The notes below the pieces were generated by a model that worked only from the letters and a program-made list of their open reading frames with translations, did no database searches and was not told the origin of the DNA. The position numbers were made by a program, and so were the translations under genes. Positions 63,414 through 64,000 of a stretch of 64,000 nucleotides of DNA are shown in pieces. How positions within the stretch are numbered: position 1 is the stretch's first letter; every line of letters begins with the position of its first letter. Source of the DNA: Pelagomonas calceolata (Eukaryota); the NCBI GenBank assembly GCA_918797485.1, contig CAKKNE010000004.1, positions 930,001 through 994,000 of the forward strand. The letters are read 5' to 3'.

Positions 63414-64000
63414 TCACTCCACGCCGCCAGCGCGCCGCGCGAGCTGCTTCCGCCGCCGCTTCGGGTTCGGCCTTTTGGCCTCGGCGCGGACGTGGCCCGC
63501 GCGGCGCAGCGCGTCGACGTCGGCGAAGACGTTGTCGGAGAGCGTCGATCCAATTGACGCCGTCGCCGCGGCGCCCCGGCCCGAGTCGACGACCCACACC
63601 GAAAAAAACGGCGACGCGTCCGCGCCGGCGCCGAGCGGGTGGTCGAAGCCGTAGCGCTCCCGCGGCGCGACGAAGAACGGCCTCGCTTCGTCGCCAAACG
63701 CCTCGCGGAACCAGCGCCGCTCGACGACGTAGGCAGGCAGTAACAACGCGAACGGCTTGCGCGTCGCGAGCGCCCACCGCAGGCACCGCTCCTTGTGGTC
63801 CTCGGAGAAGGGCGGGTTCGTCACGACAACATCGTGCGTCGTGTTTGCTGGGTCCCTGTAGGCCTTTGAGGCGTAGAAGTCGAGGTTGTCGTTTTTCGCG
63901 TTCGTAAAGCCGAGCTCCCTTAGATGCCTCTTGACCGCGCCGTCGCAGTAGTAGGGGTCATAGATGCGCGTTTCTGCGCGGCTCTTCGCTACTAAGGCAT
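63414..64000 (-). CDS. NPPF-motif (N6-adenine-type) methyltransferase-like protein, 5' end outside window
   Basis: IYDPYYCDGAV...VVVTNPPFS...KPFALLLP. Confidence 0.7.
   Translation of the reverse strand, partial: ALVAKSRAETRIYDPYYCDGAVKRHLRELGFTNAKNDNLDFYASKAYRDPANTTHDVVVTNPPFSEDHKERCLRWALATRKPFALLLPAYVVERRWFREAFGDEARPFFVAPRERYGFDHPLGAGADASPFFSVWVVDSGRGAAATASIGSTLSDNVFADVDALRRAGHVRAEAKRPNPKRRRKQLARRAGGVE

Noticed and set aside
1..64000. Autonomous transposase for the introners; rRNA, tRNA or CRISPR loci
   Set aside because: No ORF with recognisable transposase motifs and no such RNA or array pattern was seen by eye.

Overview
Gene-dense, GC-rich eukaryotic nuclear DNA. It is inferred to be a photosynthetic stramenopile, most likely a pelagophyte such as Pelagomonas or Aureococcus, from ASAFAP-type plastid presequences, nuclear psb28, DUF285 and ankyrin families, and introner-type introns. 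About 43 genes or gene relics can be built. Many need splicing across short introns that the ORF track breaks up. I modelled 29 introns by eye, and 11 appear to use GC donors. Recognisable genes include leucyl aminopeptidase, TELO2, psb28, an AlkB-type dioxygenase, Mn/Fe-SOD, an MFS transporter, an RlmM-like methyltransferase, mTERF, a DEAD-box helicase, PPCS, DHX16, RPL14, TANGO2, CAPZA and glucokinase. Highlights: (1) a conserved intergenic motif CTAGTGTCTTAC-N1-4-CGCTAG lying about 60-250 bp upstream of start codons and often near the middle of divergent promoters; (2) TIR/8-bp-TSD introner transposons that form introns in either orientation, plus further mosaic intron families; (3) a Cys-loop ligand-gated channel with an N-terminal periplasmic-binding domain, a fifth TM helix and a C-terminal WWE domain; (4) a 52-aa membrane microprotein ORF whose TGA directly abuts the TANGO2 ATG (candidate bicistronic locus); (5) SH3-BAHD and pyroglutamyl peptidase-UBA-PTH2 fusions; (6) a Tat-signal MnSOD, ankyrin proteins with C-terminal F-box-like tails, and a deletion scar joining two 5'-truncated genes. 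No rRNA, tRNA, CRISPR array or transposase was seen. All splice models and domain calls were made by eye, without database searches.
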